64,000 nucleotides of DNA from Rubripirellula sp. (GCA_965216875.1 OZ244207.1:2720001-2784000), one strand, 5' to 3'; shown: positions 1 to 10,340, counted from the first letter of the stretch. Program-made: numbers and translations. Notes: generated by a model from the sequence alone, not told the origin.

Positions 1-660
1 AGCAGCCCCTTCAGCTCCGAAACCATGATGCTGGTCTGGACCAATCCGACCGACATTGGTGTCCAACCGGGCGACGACTTCACTCATCGTGGCACGGCGT
101 TGGCAGCGCTGCCGATCAAACTCGACCGCCCCAGTTCGCCTGAGTTTGTGATTCCAGCGAGTTTCATTGGCCTGGGTACCTACACAGGCACGCGAGGGGT
201 TTCGTCGATTTTTCACCCACCGACCGGCCGCTGGCTGCAAGATGTTACCAAGGCCGCCGATGTCGAACTTCGACTTGAATTCCCCAAGTCGATCCTGCCA
301 ATCCAGCTAAAGCAAATCAACGTTCACTTGAAGGTCGCGGCACCCTCGCGCGAGCTGGTCGTGACGGCATTCAATGGTGACTCTCCGGTCGAAGTCTATC
401 GACAATCGAGCCCGAACGGAGAAGTCCATTTCTCGATTGACGACGCAAGCTTGCTCGAGCTTGATGACAACGGCGACTTGAAACTCAATGTTGCCGTCAC
501 CCGATCAGAAAACGAACCCGAAGTCGACCCTGGCATCATCGAAGTCAACACGCAGAAGATCAGCGACACTTGGCAGATTGATCGCTTCTTTGTCGACGCA
601 ATTGGAACCACTTCATCGCAAGCCCCTATCAACGCCCAAGCATCTACAGCAGGTAAGTAG
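1..660 (+). CDS. Hypothetical protein, 5'-partial; part of the ABC-2 transporter cluster
   Basis: Frame is open from base 1 to TAG at 658-660; the stop overlaps the GTG of the ABC ATPase gene; no recognisable motif. Confidence 0.7.
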   Translation, partial: SSPFSSETMMLVWTNPTDIGVQPGDDFTHRGTALAALPIKLDRPSSPEFVIPASFIGLGTYTGTRGVSSIFHPPTGRWLQDVTKAADVELRLEFPKSILPIQLKQINVHLKVAAPSRELVVTAFNGDSPVEVYRQSSPNGEVHFSIDDASLLELDDNGDLKLNVAVTRSENEPEVDPGIIEVNTQKISDTWQIDRFFVDAIGTTSSQAPINAQASTAGK

Positions 661-1727
661 TGACAGATTTGGAGCCCATGGTCGTAACGACCGACCTGAC
701 CAAAAGGTACGATGAATTCACCGCCCTTGATTCCTTGTCGATCACGGTCGGCAAGGGACAAATCCTTGGATTCATCGGCCCCAACGGCGCAGGCAAAACG
801 ACAACGATTCGCATTTTGGTCGGCTTGTCCAAACCCACGAGCGGCTCGGCGCACATCGCCGGGGCCGACTGTTTGACCGAGTCTCGCAAGATCAAGCGAC
901 TTGTCGGTTACATGCCCGACGACTTTGGCAAGTACGACAACATGCGCGTCGCCGAATACTTGGATTTCTTTGGCGCCGCCTATGGGATCGGACGCAGCGA
1001 CCGCGTCAAACGCATCGACGAGACCTTAGAGCTTGCCGGTGCAACGCATATGAAAGACTTGTTCGTCGATGCCCTCAGTCGCGGGATGCAACAACGGGTG
1101 GCGATCGCGCGCACGCTGATGCACGACCCCAAGGTGATCATCCTTGACGAACCAGCCAATGGACTCGACCCACAAGCGCGGATCGACATGCGAATCATGT
1201 TGCTGCGACTTGCCGAAATGGGTAAGACGCTGATCGTGACCAGCCATATCCTTCCCGAACTTGCTCGGGTATGTGACTTGGTCGCCATGATCACGCGCGG
1301 CAAGCTTCGAGCCTTTGGCACGCTTGATGACATCATGCGAGACATTCAACAGCGCCGCACGTTCGAGATCCAACTTGTTGACTCCGAACAGATTGACCAA
1401 ACGGCATCATTGGTTTCGTCTTGGTTGAAATCGGGTGACCATGAGGCCGAAGTCAACGCGGCGCCTGCCGAATCGATGGTGCGGTTCACGACCAGCCTTT
1501 CCGATCGCGACATCACACCACTTCTGGCGCACTTGGTCTCACACAACCAGCCAGTCGCTCAATTCCGCGAAGTCCCAACGGACCTGGAAGACGCATTCCT
1601 GTCGGTCGCCAATCAGGGCAAAGAGGACGACAAAGCGAGCGAAGTGGTAGCAGCGGAAGAACCTGCCGAGCCGCTTAGCACTGATACGGATGTCGATGAT
1701 GCAGCATCGGAGACGGCCGCATCATGA
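660..1727 (+). CDS. ABC transporter ATP-binding protein (ABC-2 type)
   Basis: Walker A GPNGAGKTT, signature LSRGMQQR, Walker B IILDEP, H-loop TSH. Confidence 0.95.
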   Translation: MTDLEPMVVTTDLTKRYDEFTALDSLSITVGKGQILGFIGPNGAGKTTTIRILVGLSKPTSGSAHIAGADCLTESRKIKRLVGYMPDDFGKYDNMRVAEYLDFFGAAYGIGRSDRVKRIDETLELAGATHMKDLFVDALSRGMQQRVAIARTLMHDPKVIILDEPANGLDPQARIDMRIMLLRLAEMGKTLIVTSHILPELARVCDLVAMITRGKLRAFGTLDDIMRDIQQRRTFEIQLVDSEQIDQTASLVSSWLKSGDHEAEVNAAPAESMVRFTTSLSDRDITPLLAHLVSHNQPVAQFREVPTDLEDAFLSVANQGKEDDKASEVVAAEEPAEPLSTDTDVDDAASETAAS

Positions 1728-3388
1728 ATGTCATGGCAAACCCTGTTGTGCGTCGCGAGTTCTTCGGGATTCTGCGATCGCCCAAAGCCTTCGGAACGCT
1801 GCTTGCGCTGACAATCGTTTTTTCACTCGCTGTCCTGATGCGCTGGCCAGCCGACGCGACGGTCGACCTCAGTGGCAAACAATCTCTCGAAGTCTTTCGG
1901 ATCTTTGGCTACGGACTGTTGGGCGGAATCATCTTCTTGGTACCCGCCTTTCCCGCAACCTCGATCGTTAATGAAAAGTCAAGCGGCACGTTGGCGTTGC
2001 TGCTGAATTCGCCGCTCGGTGCCTTTTCCATCTACTTTGGCAAGCTTGCTGGCGTTCTGTTGTTTGCCATGCTTGTGTTGCTGGCGAGTCTGCCCGCGGC
2101 CGCCGCTTGCTACGCCATGGGCGGCATCGACCTCTGGAGCGGGCTTGGCCTGCTCTATTTCGTGCTCATGCTGTTGGTGCTGCAATACGCGACGCTCGGA
2201 ATGCTGGTCAGCAGTTACGTGCACACAGCCGATGCGGGTGTTCGAATCACCTACGCCGCCGTTCTTGGATTGGTCTTTCTGACACTCTTGCCCGACGCGT
2301 TTTTCCCTGGTGCCAGTGGCGTGATCGGAATGGTCGCTTCTGCGGTTCGATGCCTCTCACCGATTCCAGTGATTACAGGCATCATGGGACAAGGTGGTTT
2401 GACCACCAAGGGCCTGATGGAAGCCGATGCCACGATGCCATTTGTCTTGGCGACGTTGGTGAGCAGCATCGCTTTCGCGGCGATCACAATCTCGCGACTG
2501 AACTACCGGATCTTTGATCGGTCGCGTTCACAGGGCGTGATCACTGACGACCAAGCCAAAGGCACACGATTGGCGCGTCGATTCCTGTTCATCATCGATC
2601 CCCAGCGTCGCAAAAAGGGGATTCCCTGGTACCTCAATCCTGTGATGGTCAAAGAGTTTCGCTCGCGGCGATTCGGTCGATCACAGTGGCTCTTTCGGCT
2701 GGTTGCCGTCTGTGCTGTTGTCTCGATGGTGTTGACGTTCGCGGCCGCGACCAGCGTGACCAGCTGGGGTGTCGAAACGATCGGCGGGTTGATGGTGATC
2801 TTGCAGGTCATCCTGGTGATCGTGATGACGCCAAGCCTGACCTCGGGTTTGATTAGTGGCGAGCGCGACGGTGGCGGCTGGGCATTGCTACGGCTGACGC
2901 CACTTTCGGCCTCGAAGATTGTCCGCGGGAAACTACTCAGCGTCGTTTGGACCCTGCTGTTGGTCTTGATGGCGACCCTGCCAGGCTACCTGGTGATGAT
3001 CTACATCCGTCCCCAAATGTTTGTGCAAGTCAATCTGGTCTTGATTTGCCTGGCATGGACGGTTCTGTACACGGTTGCCGTGAGTGCGGCGATCGGCAGT
3101 CTGTTTCGATACACCGCTGTCGCAACGACCGTTTCGTACGTCACCGTGATCATCATCTTCATGACGCCAATGCTGATTTGGCTCGGGCGTGATGCTCCGT
3201 TTGGACACGATACGGTCGAGCGGGCGCTCACGGTCACCCCTGTGGGTGCCGCACTGAACGTGATTAAAACGCCTGGCTTCGAAAACTACACGTTGCTGCC
3301 TACCGCATGGTGGGTTGCCGCGAGTGTCTCGGTCGCCATGTTTGGCATCCTTGGAATCAAAGTTTGGCGACTGTGCCGTCCCGTTTGA
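1724..3388 (+). CDS. ABC-2 type permease with two permease modules
   Basis: Many hydrophobic helices; repeated NPVxxxE starts and E(K/R)xxG...GKL motifs; ATGA overlap with the ATPase gene. Confidence 0.85.
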   Translation: MNVMANPVVRREFFGILRSPKAFGTLLALTIVFSLAVLMRWPADATVDLSGKQSLEVFRIFGYGLLGGIIFLVPAFPATSIVNEKSSGTLALLLNSPLGAFSIYFGKLAGVLLFAMLVLLASLPAAAACYAMGGIDLWSGLGLLYFVLMLLVLQYATLGMLVSSYVHTADAGVRITYAAVLGLVFLTLLPDAFFPGASGVIGMVASAVRCLSPIPVITGIMGQGGLTTKGLMEADATMPFVLATLVSSIAFAAITISRLNYRIFDRSRSQGVITDDQAKGTRLARRFLFIIDPQRRKKGIPWYLNPVMVKEFRSRRFGRSQWLFRLVAVCAVVSMVLTFAAATSVTSWGVETIGGLMVILQVILVIVMTPSLTSGLISGERDGGGWALLRLTPLSASKIVRGKLLSVVWTLLLVLMATLPGYLVMIYIRPQMFVQVNLVLICLAWTVLYTVAVSAAIGSLFRYTAVATTVSYVTVIIIFMTPMLIWLGRDAPFGHDTVERALTVTPVGAALNVIKTPGFENYTLLPTAWWVAASVSVAMFGILGIKVWRLCRPV

Positions 3389-3393
3389 GTTGT

Positions 3394-5196
3394 ATGCAAG
3401 AAATCAACATGTTTCATTTGATAACCCAACCACGTACGGCACTGTTGGCACTGGTTGCGTTGTGCACCGTGCCGACAACTACGGTTGCCCAAAGCTTGCA
3501 AACCGTCGACCTCTACATGTATGCCGACCCGGTGTTGACGGGGCCAACCACCCAGTGGCAAGTCCCTAACGCACCAGTGCCGCTTTGGTTCAAAGCACTC
3601 GAACGCAACGATGCTCAACTGCAACGCGTGACCGTTGACACCTTTGCCCTGGCAAAAAAACGTGGCATGGAAGGCCTGGACGATGTCGTGCCCAAACTGG
3701 CCGAGCTGGTCAGTAACGATGCGACTGACGCAGAAGTTCGACAGGCTGCCGTTCGCGCATTGATCGAATTCGACGCGCGCGATCAATCGGCGCTCTTGGC
3801 CGAGGCTGCATCAACACGTGGCCTGGCCGTTGCACGGATTGTGGAACCTGCCCTCGTGCAGTGGAAATCGCCAGTGATGCAACAAGTGTGGCTTGATCGG
3901 GTCAACCAGAAAGCAGGCCTGAAGCCGAATGAGGGGCCAGGCGACACCGATGCCCAAATCATCGTTGCGATCGAAGGGCTCTTGGCTGTCAGTGCAGATG
4001 AAGCCGCCGAGGCACTTTGGGAGCTCGTTCGCAGGAGCGAACTGAAGTCGGTGATCCGCCTGGCCGCCGCCGACACGCTTGGCAAACTCACGTCGCCCGA
4101 CCTCTCCGCGCATGCCGCCGAATTGGTCGCATCCCAGGACTCGGATCCGCTCGCAGCGCTGTTGGCGCTGCGGCTGTTGGTCAACCAGCAGGATGCTTCG
4201 GCCGTCGCGACACTCCAAACGCTCGCCAAAAATCCAATCTCCGCCGTGCAATCCGGCGCGCTCGACCGACTCTTCCGGATCGACCATCAGCTTGTCCTTC
4301 CCTATTGCGAAGAGGCGATCAAAAGCAGTGACGTCAATGTTCGCCGTACGGTCGCCAAGACATTGACCAAAGAGGCGAAGGTTGAATTGATTGCCTCACT
4401 CGCGATGCTGCTTGACGATGTGAACCCGAAGCTCCGTCGCCAGATGGCTGGGGCCATGGTTCATCTCGCAAAACGCCCCGCGCTCAAGGACGAAGTGATC
4501 GCCCAAAGCCATGCCGTGCTTTCCGAAAATTCGTGGCGTGGTTGTGAGCAGGCCACGACCGTGCTGGTCAGCCTCGACCACAAGCCAGCGGGGGACCGTT
4601 TGGTTGAATTGCTGGATCATCCACGGCCCGAGGTCATGTCAACGGCCGCCTGGGGGTTGCGCAAGCTCGCCATTCCGCGTCACCTTCCGGCCATGCTCGA
4701 GCAGGGACAGCAGCAATTCGAAGCCTTCAACAATGGCAGTATTGGCGACCTGAGAAAGGGCGCCGTGCAACAGCTGGCTCAACTCTTCATGGCTTTCGGG
4801 CAAATGCGGTACTTCGAGGCCGATGGGTTGCTTCGGGCCTACATCCCAAAAAACCACTCGCTTGGTGAAGATTCCCGGGCCGCTGCGGCCTATGCGCTCG
4901 GTTTCCTGCATGAAGGCAAGGCGACCGGCGATTTGACCGGGCTCATGGTGCAGCGTCTCAATGACACCGAAGCCGACTTTCCCGAGAGTGACAAAGTGCG
5001 CCGCAATGTCGCGATTGCTCTGGGACGAATGAAATCGGAATCAGCGTTGCCGGACCTGCGAAAATACGGCAGCTATTTCGGTGAGGTTGGCTTGGCCAGT
5101 GCCTGGTCGATCCATTTGATGACGGGCGAGCCGCGGCCGACGCCGGGGGTCACCTCGCAGGTCATCGATGATTGGTTCCTCTCGCCGATCAAGTGA
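3394..5196 (+). CDS. Exported HEAT-repeat protein (start 3394 or 3409)
   Basis: Signal-peptide-like N-terminus ending TVA-Q; repeated LxDxxxxVRxxAxxAL-type HEAT units. Confidence 0.8.
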   Translation: MQEINMFHLITQPRTALLALVALCTVPTTTVAQSLQTVDLYMYADPVLTGPTTQWQVPNAPVPLWFKALERNDAQLQRVTVDTFALAKKRGMEGLDDVVPKLAELVSNDATDAEVRQAAVRALIEFDARDQSALLAEAASTRGLAVARIVEPALVQWKSPVMQQVWLDRVNQKAGLKPNEGPGDTDAQIIVAIEGLLAVSADEAAEALWELVRRSELKSVIRLAAADTLGKLTSPDLSAHAAELVASQDSDPLAALLALRLLVNQQDASAVATLQTLAKNPISAVQSGALDRLFRIDHQLVLPYCEEAIKSSDVNVRRTVAKTLTKEAKVELIASLAMLLDDVNPKLRRQMAGAMVHLAKRPALKDEVIAQSHAVLSENSWRGCEQATTVLVSLDHKPAGDRLVELLDHPRPEVMSTAAWGLRKLAIPRHLPAMLEQGQQQFEAFNNGSIGDLRKGAVQQLAQLFMAFGQMRYFEADGLLRAYIPKNHSLGEDSRAAAAYALGFLHEGKATGDLTGLMVQRLNDTEADFPESDKVRRNVAIALGRMKSESALPDLRKYGSYFGEVGLASAWSIHLMTGEPRPTPGVTSQVIDDWFLSPIK

Positions 5197-5354
5197 GGTC
5201 GCCCGCCGGGTGAGGTAGCGGGTCGGGTGTGGAGAAGCCTCCACAGGGCTGTCTGCCGTCCCGCCATGTGCCGGATGCGTCGAGATTCCGGCAAATGGAG
5301 GGACGAGAAGCCGGTTTCATTGCTAGAAAAGCCGGTCATTGTGGATCGACGCTC

Positions 5355-5382
5355 TTGACAGGATTTTTCCGGTGGAGATACT
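5355..5382 (+). promoter_or_regulatory. Putative sigma70 promoter of the str operon
   Basis: TTGACA (5355-5360), 16 nt, GATACT (5377-5382), upstream of rpsL. Confidence 0.45.
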
Positions 5383-5557
5383 TTCCGGTTTGGTAGCAGA
5401 AAAAGCCGGGAAAAATCCGAGTGCCTCCATCTGAATGGCGCTCCCGTAACCCGTATTTTTCCCGCGAAGACGCTCCCTGCGTCTTCCCTCGTTGATCCCC
5501 AATTTGGACGGGGGTGGCGAGTATGTGAAGTTGGTCAAACCCCAAACACGACGTTCG

Positions 5558-5923
5558 ATGCCCACAATCAATCAACTGGTCCGTAAGCGACGCAAGCTGA
5601 AGAAGAGCCAAAGCAAGTCGCCTGTTCTTGAGAAATGCCCGCAAAAGCAGGGTGTTTGTTTGCAAGTTCGTACGATGACCCCCAAGAAGCCAAACTCGGC
5701 ACTGCGAAAAATCTCGCGTGTTCGCTTGAGCAACGGCAAAGAAGTCACCGTCTACATTCCTGGCGAAGGCCACAACCTGCAAGAGCACTCGATCGTGCTC
5801 GTTCGCGGTGGTCGTGTCCGTGACCTCCCAGGTGTTCGCTACCAAGTGGTCCGTGGCTCGCGTGACGCCCTTGGCGTCGAAGGCCGTAAGCAATCCCGCA
5901 GCCGTTACGGTGCCAAGAAATAG
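5558..5923 (+). CDS. rpsL: 30S ribosomal protein S12
   Basis: [10 protein letters not shown] start, [21 protein letters not shown]. Confidence 0.99.
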   Translation: MPTINQLVRKRRKLKKSQSKSPVLEKCPQKQGVCLQVRTMTPKKPNSALRKISRVRLSNGKEVTVYIPGEGHNLQEHSIVLVRGGRVRDLPGVRYQVVRGSRDALGVEGRKQSRSRYGAKK

Positions 5924-5990
5924 TGACCGTGGCGTCTTTTTGACACCACGCACCTCGAAACAACTCAATCAAAGCTAACGAAGATTTCAA

Positions 5991-6467
5991 ATGGGACGAA
6001 TCACTTCCAGCAAGACGCAGTTGAAGGGCGATCCTCGGCACAATTCGCTGTTGGCCGGAAAGTTCATCAATTGCCTGATGCTCGACGGCAAAAAGACCGT
6101 CGCTACCAAAGTTTTCTACGACGCACTTGAAGAGATCGGACGCCGTGGCGTCGAAGGTGGCGGTGAGCCCATCGAAGTCTTCGAGACGGCGATCGAGAAC
6201 GTCAAACCTTACATCGAAGTTCGCAGCAAGCGTGTTGGTGGTGCAAGCTACCAAGTGCCAATGCAGGTCAACCGTGCTCGCCAACAAAGCTTGGCGATCC
6301 GCTGGTTGCTTGCCGCTGTTCGCGAAAAGAAGGGCCGCCCAATGCACCTGAAGCTCGCTGACGAACTGTTGGCCGCTTACAAGAAAGAAGGCGTCGCTTA
6401 CACCAAGCGTGAAAACACGCACCGTATGGCCGACGCCAACAAAGCGTTCGCTCACTTCGCTTGGTAG
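5991..6467 (+). CDS. rpsG: 30S ribosomal protein S7
   Basis: [15 protein letters not shown] and [11 protein letters not shown]; follows rpsL. Confidence 0.99.
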   Translation: MGRITSSKTQLKGDPRHNSLLAGKFINCLMLDGKKTVATKVFYDALEEIGRRGVEGGGEPIEVFETAIENVKPYIEVRSKRVGGASYQVPMQVNRARQQSLAIRWLLAAVREKKGRPMHLKLADELLAAYKKEGVAYTKRENTHRMADANKAFAHFAW

Positions 6468-6494
6468 TCGATTACCAAAGACTTTCACAAAATT

Positions 6495-6532
6495 CCGCGA
6501 CTCGGTTGCCAGAAACCGTGTCGCGGTTTTTT
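6495..6532 (+). terminator. Rho-independent terminator/attenuator after rpsG
   Basis: CCGCGAC-CGGTT...AACCG-GTCGCGG stem followed by a T-run. Confidence 0.75.
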
Positions 6533-6541
6533 ATGCGCCCG

Positions 6542-6598
6542 GTTAACCTACCGGCGCTGAGTTAACCAACCGGCGCTGAGTTAACCAACCGGCACTGG
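6542..6598. repeat. Tandem repeat, 3 x 19 bp (GTTAACCAACCGGCGCTGA)
   Basis: Units at 6542-6560, 6561-6579 and 6580-6598, differing by 1-2 mismatches. Confidence 0.9.
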
Positions 6599-6642
6599 AC
6601 AAGGATTGAACCAAAGCAGATCTCGACGCTCTGACGACCGCC

Positions 6643-8736
6643 ATGGCTACTGACATCTCCAAGATTCGCAACATCGGAATCATCGCACACATCGACGCTG
6701 GAAAAACGACCGTCACCGAACGGATGCTTTTTCTAAGCGGCGCCAAGCACCGCGTCGGTCGCGTCGACCATGGCACGACCGACACCGACGACGACCCCGA
6801 AGAACAAGAACGTGGCATCACGATCTTTAGCGCTTGTGTGAAATACAACTGGCACGATTACAACATCAACCTGCTCGACACCCCGGGCCATGTTGACTTT
6901 ACCGCCGAAGTCGAGCGCTGCTTGCGAGTCCTCGACGGCGCCGTGACCGTCTTTTCAGCGCGTGAGGGTGTCGAGGCACAAAGCGAAACCGTTTGGCGAC
7001 AAGCCGATCGCTACAACGTTCCTCGAATCGTCTTCATCAATAAGATGGACCGTGAAGGTGCCAACTTTGAAGCGGTCTACAACGACATCGAACCACGCCT
7101 TGGCGGTCGCCCTATCGCTGTCGAATTGCCTGTTGGCCAAGGTCCCGCTCACGTCGCCGATCCCTTTCGAGGCGTGATCGATCTGGTCGACATGAAGCTG
7201 CTTCAGTTCGACCCGGAAACCGAAGGCAAAGAAGTCACCGAAACCGAGGTGCCGGAAGAGCTGCAAGAAGAAGCACTGCTGTGGCGCGAACAGATGCTCG
7301 AAACGGTTTACGACCTTAGCGAAGAGGCCGCGATGCTGGCGATGGAGGAACAAGAGGTTCCTCGAGACCTGATCATCAAGACGCTGCGACAAGGTTGTCT
7401 CGAAATGAAGATCCAGCCTGTCCTTTGCGGCTCGGCCCTTCACGGCATCGGCGTTCAACCCCTGATGACCGCGGTTGGCAATTTCTTGCCCAGCCCACTC
7501 GATCGCCCACCGGTTGAAGGAGTCGATCCCAAGAAGCCCGAAAAAAGCCTGTCGCGAAAACCCGACACCAAGGATCCGTTCTGTGGCTTGGTCTTCAAGA
7601 TCCTTCCCGCCAAAACTGGCGACAACTACTGGATCCGAGTCTACAGCGGCGAACTGAAACAAAACACGCGCGTCCACTGTCCCAACCGCGACAAGAAAGA
7701 GAACATCGCCCAGATTTGGCAGATCCATGCGACCAAGAAAGATCGCGACGGGCAAACCGAGGTCGTCAGCGCGGGTGACATCTGCTGCGTGATCGGTCCG
7801 CGTTTTTCGATCACTGGCGATACCCTTTGCGACACCAAGCAACTGGTCGAATTGCCTAGCATCAAGTTCGCCGAGACGGTGCTGTCGATGGCGATCGAAC
7901 CCGAGAACACCGGCGACCGCAAGAAACTCGAAGAAACGCTCGACATGCTTCGTCGCCAAGACCCGACGTTCCGCGCCGTCGAAAACGAAGAACTCGGACA
8001 GACGATCATTAGCGGAATGGGTGAACTTCACCTCGAGGTGATCCAACACCGCCTCACACGTGACTTTGGATTGAACGTCAAGTTCTATAAGCCGCGTGTG
8101 AATTACCGCGAAACGATCGGGGGCGCCGCCGAAATCGTCGGGCAGTGCAATCGCCAGATCGGTGCCCAGCAGATGTTTGCTCGGTTGAACGTCCGCGTTT
8201 CGGCACTCGAAGACACTTCCGCTCCCGTTCAAGTCTTTGATCGCTTGCCGCCAGACACAACGCTCCCGCCAGCGATGCGACAAGCCGCGATCGAAGAGAT
8301 GCGTGAACGTGCTCTTGGCGGCGGCATGCTCGCTGGTTTTCCGCTTTCGGGTGTTCGCATCGAAGTCAACGATGCCGAGTTCCAAGAAGAAAACAGCGAC
8401 GAAGTGGCCTTCCGAATTGCTGCCGGCGATGCCTTTGACAAAGGACTCGAACAAGCCGAACCGGTGTTGCTTGAACCAGTCATGAAGGTCGAAGTCACAA
8501 CCCCCGATGACTACATGGGCGAGCTTGTGGGCGACCTGCAACAACGTCGTGCCATCATTGCCGCGACCGAAACACGCGGTGCCATGACGGTGATCACGGC
8601 CCACGCTCCACTCAAAGAGTTGTTCGGCTACTCGGGTGCGGTACGAAGCCTTTCCCAGGGCCGCGCTGCAAGCAGCATGGAGCCGCTCGATTACCGCCCG
8701 GCTCCCAAAGCCGATGCCGACGCCTTCTTGCATTGA
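6643..8736 (+). CDS. fusA: Elongation factor G (divergent paralog)
   Basis: AHIDAGKTT, RGITI, DTPGH, NKMD, GMGELHL, LLEPVMKVEV; located in the str operon. Confidence 0.93.
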   Translation: MATDISKIRNIGIIAHIDAGKTTVTERMLFLSGAKHRVGRVDHGTTDTDDDPEEQERGITIFSACVKYNWHDYNINLLDTPGHVDFTAEVERCLRVLDGAVTVFSAREGVEAQSETVWRQADRYNVPRIVFINKMDREGANFEAVYNDIEPRLGGRPIAVELPVGQGPAHVADPFRGVIDLVDMKLLQFDPETEGKEVTETEVPEELQEEALLWREQMLETVYDLSEEAAMLAMEEQEVPRDLIIKTLRQGCLEMKIQPVLCGSALHGIGVQPLMTAVGNFLPSPLDRPPVEGVDPKKPEKSLSRKPDTKDPFCGLVFKILPAKTGDNYWIRVYSGELKQNTRVHCPNRDKKENIAQIWQIHATKKDRDGQTEVVSAGDICCVIGPRFSITGDTLCDTKQLVELPSIKFAETVLSMAIEPENTGDRKKLEETLDMLRRQDPTFRAVENEELGQTIISGMGELHLEVIQHRLTRDFGLNVKFYKPRVNYRETIGGAAEIVGQCNRQIGAQQMFARLNVRVSALEDTSAPVQVFDRLPPDTTLPPAMRQAAIEEMRERALGGGMLAGFPLSGVRIEVNDAEFQEENSDEVAFRIAAGDAFDKGLEQAEPVLLEPVMKVEVTTPDDYMGELVGDLQQRRAIIAATETRGAMTVITAHAPLKELFGYSGAVRSLSQGRAASSMEPLDYRPAPKADADAFLH

Positions 8737-8754
8737 TACCGGTGGACTTGCTCA

Positions 8755-9783
8755 ATGACCAGTGCTCCTGAGACGCTCGCGTTCGAGGGTGGTGTCTTGC
8801 GTTTGATCGATCAAACCAAGCTGCCTGGCCAACTCGTCAATTTCGATTGTGAAACGATTGAACAAGCGCACGATGCGATCTCGCGGCTAGTCGTTCGCGG
8901 CGCGCCCGCCATCGGTATCGCCGCGGCATACGGGGTCTGCTTGGCCAAAGACGATTCGGGGACGCTGACCCGCGAAGCTTGCTTGCACGCGATCGATTAC
9001 CTCGCCACCAGTCGGCCGACCGCCGTGAACCTGTTCTGGGCACTCGATCGAATGAAGCAGGTCGTCGTAGCGACAGAGCAGGGGAGTCTCTACGAGTCGC
9101 TTGTCACCGAAGCGCGTGCGATCCACGACGAAGACCGACAAATGTGTCGCTCCATTGGTAAGCACGGCGCTGGCTTGTTGAAAACATGCAACGCCGTCCT
9201 GACTCACTGCAACGCAGGTGGTCTGGCAACGTCGGTGTGGGGAACCGCCCTCGCACCGATCTATCACTTGCATGACGAGGGCCACGACATTTCGGTCTAC
9301 GCAGACGAGACCCGGCCACTGCTGCAAGGCGCTCGATTGACCGCCTGGGAATTGAGCCAAGCGGGTGTGCCTGTGACGGTCTTGACCGATTCGATGTCTG
9401 GCAGTTTGATGCGCGACGGCAAAGTCGACGCCATCATCGTCGGTTCGGATCGCATCGTCGCCAATGGAGACTTCGCCAACAAGATTGGAACCTACCCGCT
9501 CGCGGTGCTGGCCAAGCACCACGGTATCGCGTTCTATGTTGCGGCGCCGACCAGCACCGTCGACATGTCAATTGCCAGCGGCGATCAAATCCCAATCGAA
9601 CAGCGCGCCCGCGATGAAGTCGCCTGTCCCCACGGCACTCGCATCGCACCCGACGAAGCGGGCGTGATCAACCCGGCGTTCGACTGGACCCCAGCCGAAC
9701 TCGTCACCGCCCTGATCACCGAGCGTGGCGTCGTCGAATCGCCAAGTCTCGAGAAGATGACAAAGCACCTCGCAAATAAGTGA
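8755..9783 (+). CDS. mtnA: S-methyl-5-thioribose-1-phosphate isomerase
   Basis: VRGAPAIG, RPTAVNL, THCNAG, DETRPLLQGARLT, ANKIGTY, NPAFD. Confidence 0.96.
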   Translation: MTSAPETLAFEGGVLRLIDQTKLPGQLVNFDCETIEQAHDAISRLVVRGAPAIGIAAAYGVCLAKDDSGTLTREACLHAIDYLATSRPTAVNLFWALDRMKQVVVATEQGSLYESLVTEARAIHDEDRQMCRSIGKHGAGLLKTCNAVLTHCNAGGLATSVWGTALAPIYHLHDEGHDISVYADETRPLLQGARLTAWELSQAGVPVTVLTDSMSGSLMRDGKVDAIIVGSDRIVANGDFANKIGTYPLAVLAKHHGIAFYVAAPTSTVDMSIASGDQIPIEQRARDEVACPHGTRIAPDEAGVINPAFDWTPAELVTALITERGVVESPSLEKMTKHLANK

Positions 9784-9856
9784 GCCGCGACTCGCGCACG
9801 CGACCGCAGAGACGAGGGCCCTTTCCTCGCGGCGGATTGGAATAACGGAGCAAACC

Positions 9857-9960
9857 CCCTCCCGCTTGCGGGAGGGTCGGACGCAAAGTCCGGGGAGGGC
9901 ATGGCTCTTGCAGACAATCCCTCTCCGGGCCTGAGAGCCCGACTCTCCCAAGGGAGAGTG
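9857..9960. repeat. Dispersed palindromic intergenic element, family A, copy 1 (REP/MITE-like)
   Basis: CCCTCCCGCTTGCGGGAGGGTCGGACGCAAAGTCCGGGGAGGG...CCCTCTCCGGGCC...GACTCTCCCAAGGGAGAGTG; near-identical copies at 14100 and 36519. Confidence 0.92.
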
Positions 9961-10289
9961 TCAAGGCGGGCAGCTTTTCGAAGCCTGATATTTCCCCCCA
10001 TCCGCCACCATTCCCCAACGCCCCGCTAGCAAATCTTCATCGATTTCTCACGCGCAGACCAAACGTGTCACACGTTAACGCGATAGTTCTATTGTCGCGG
10101 GGATCAAACCGAGATCGCAAAACGAGACGGATTGATCAAATCGCGCAAGATGAGACAGCGGGTGCTGGCTGATTCAAATAAGACAGCTGGGCCAAACGGA
10201 AAAAGACTTTGTGAAAAATCGGGACGAATACCCGACATTCGCTCAAGTTTATGCACGGCTGGCCGCTGACTGACGCTTTTGGGCATCGA

Positions 10290-10306
10290 TTGGCACGTCA
10301 TTTGTT
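10290..10306 (+). promoter_or_regulatory. Putative sigma54 promoter of csrA paralog 1
   Basis: TTGGCACG-TCAT-TTGT versus consensus TGGCACG-N4-TTGC; one mismatch in the -12 box. Confidence 0.45.
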
Positions 10307-10340
10307 GTTTTAGGGACTCGAAAACGAAACTCCAAACTAT

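Noticed and set aside
5492..5557. N-terminal extension of S12 in the ORF track
   Set aside because: The canonical MPTINQL start is at 5558
6542..6598. 19-bp repeats as a CRISPR array or plasmid iterons
   Set aside because: No spacers and no rep gene; the repeats lie inside the str operon
6955..8733. 592-aa minus-strand ORF
   Set aside because: Antisense shadow of fusA, common in GC-rich DNA
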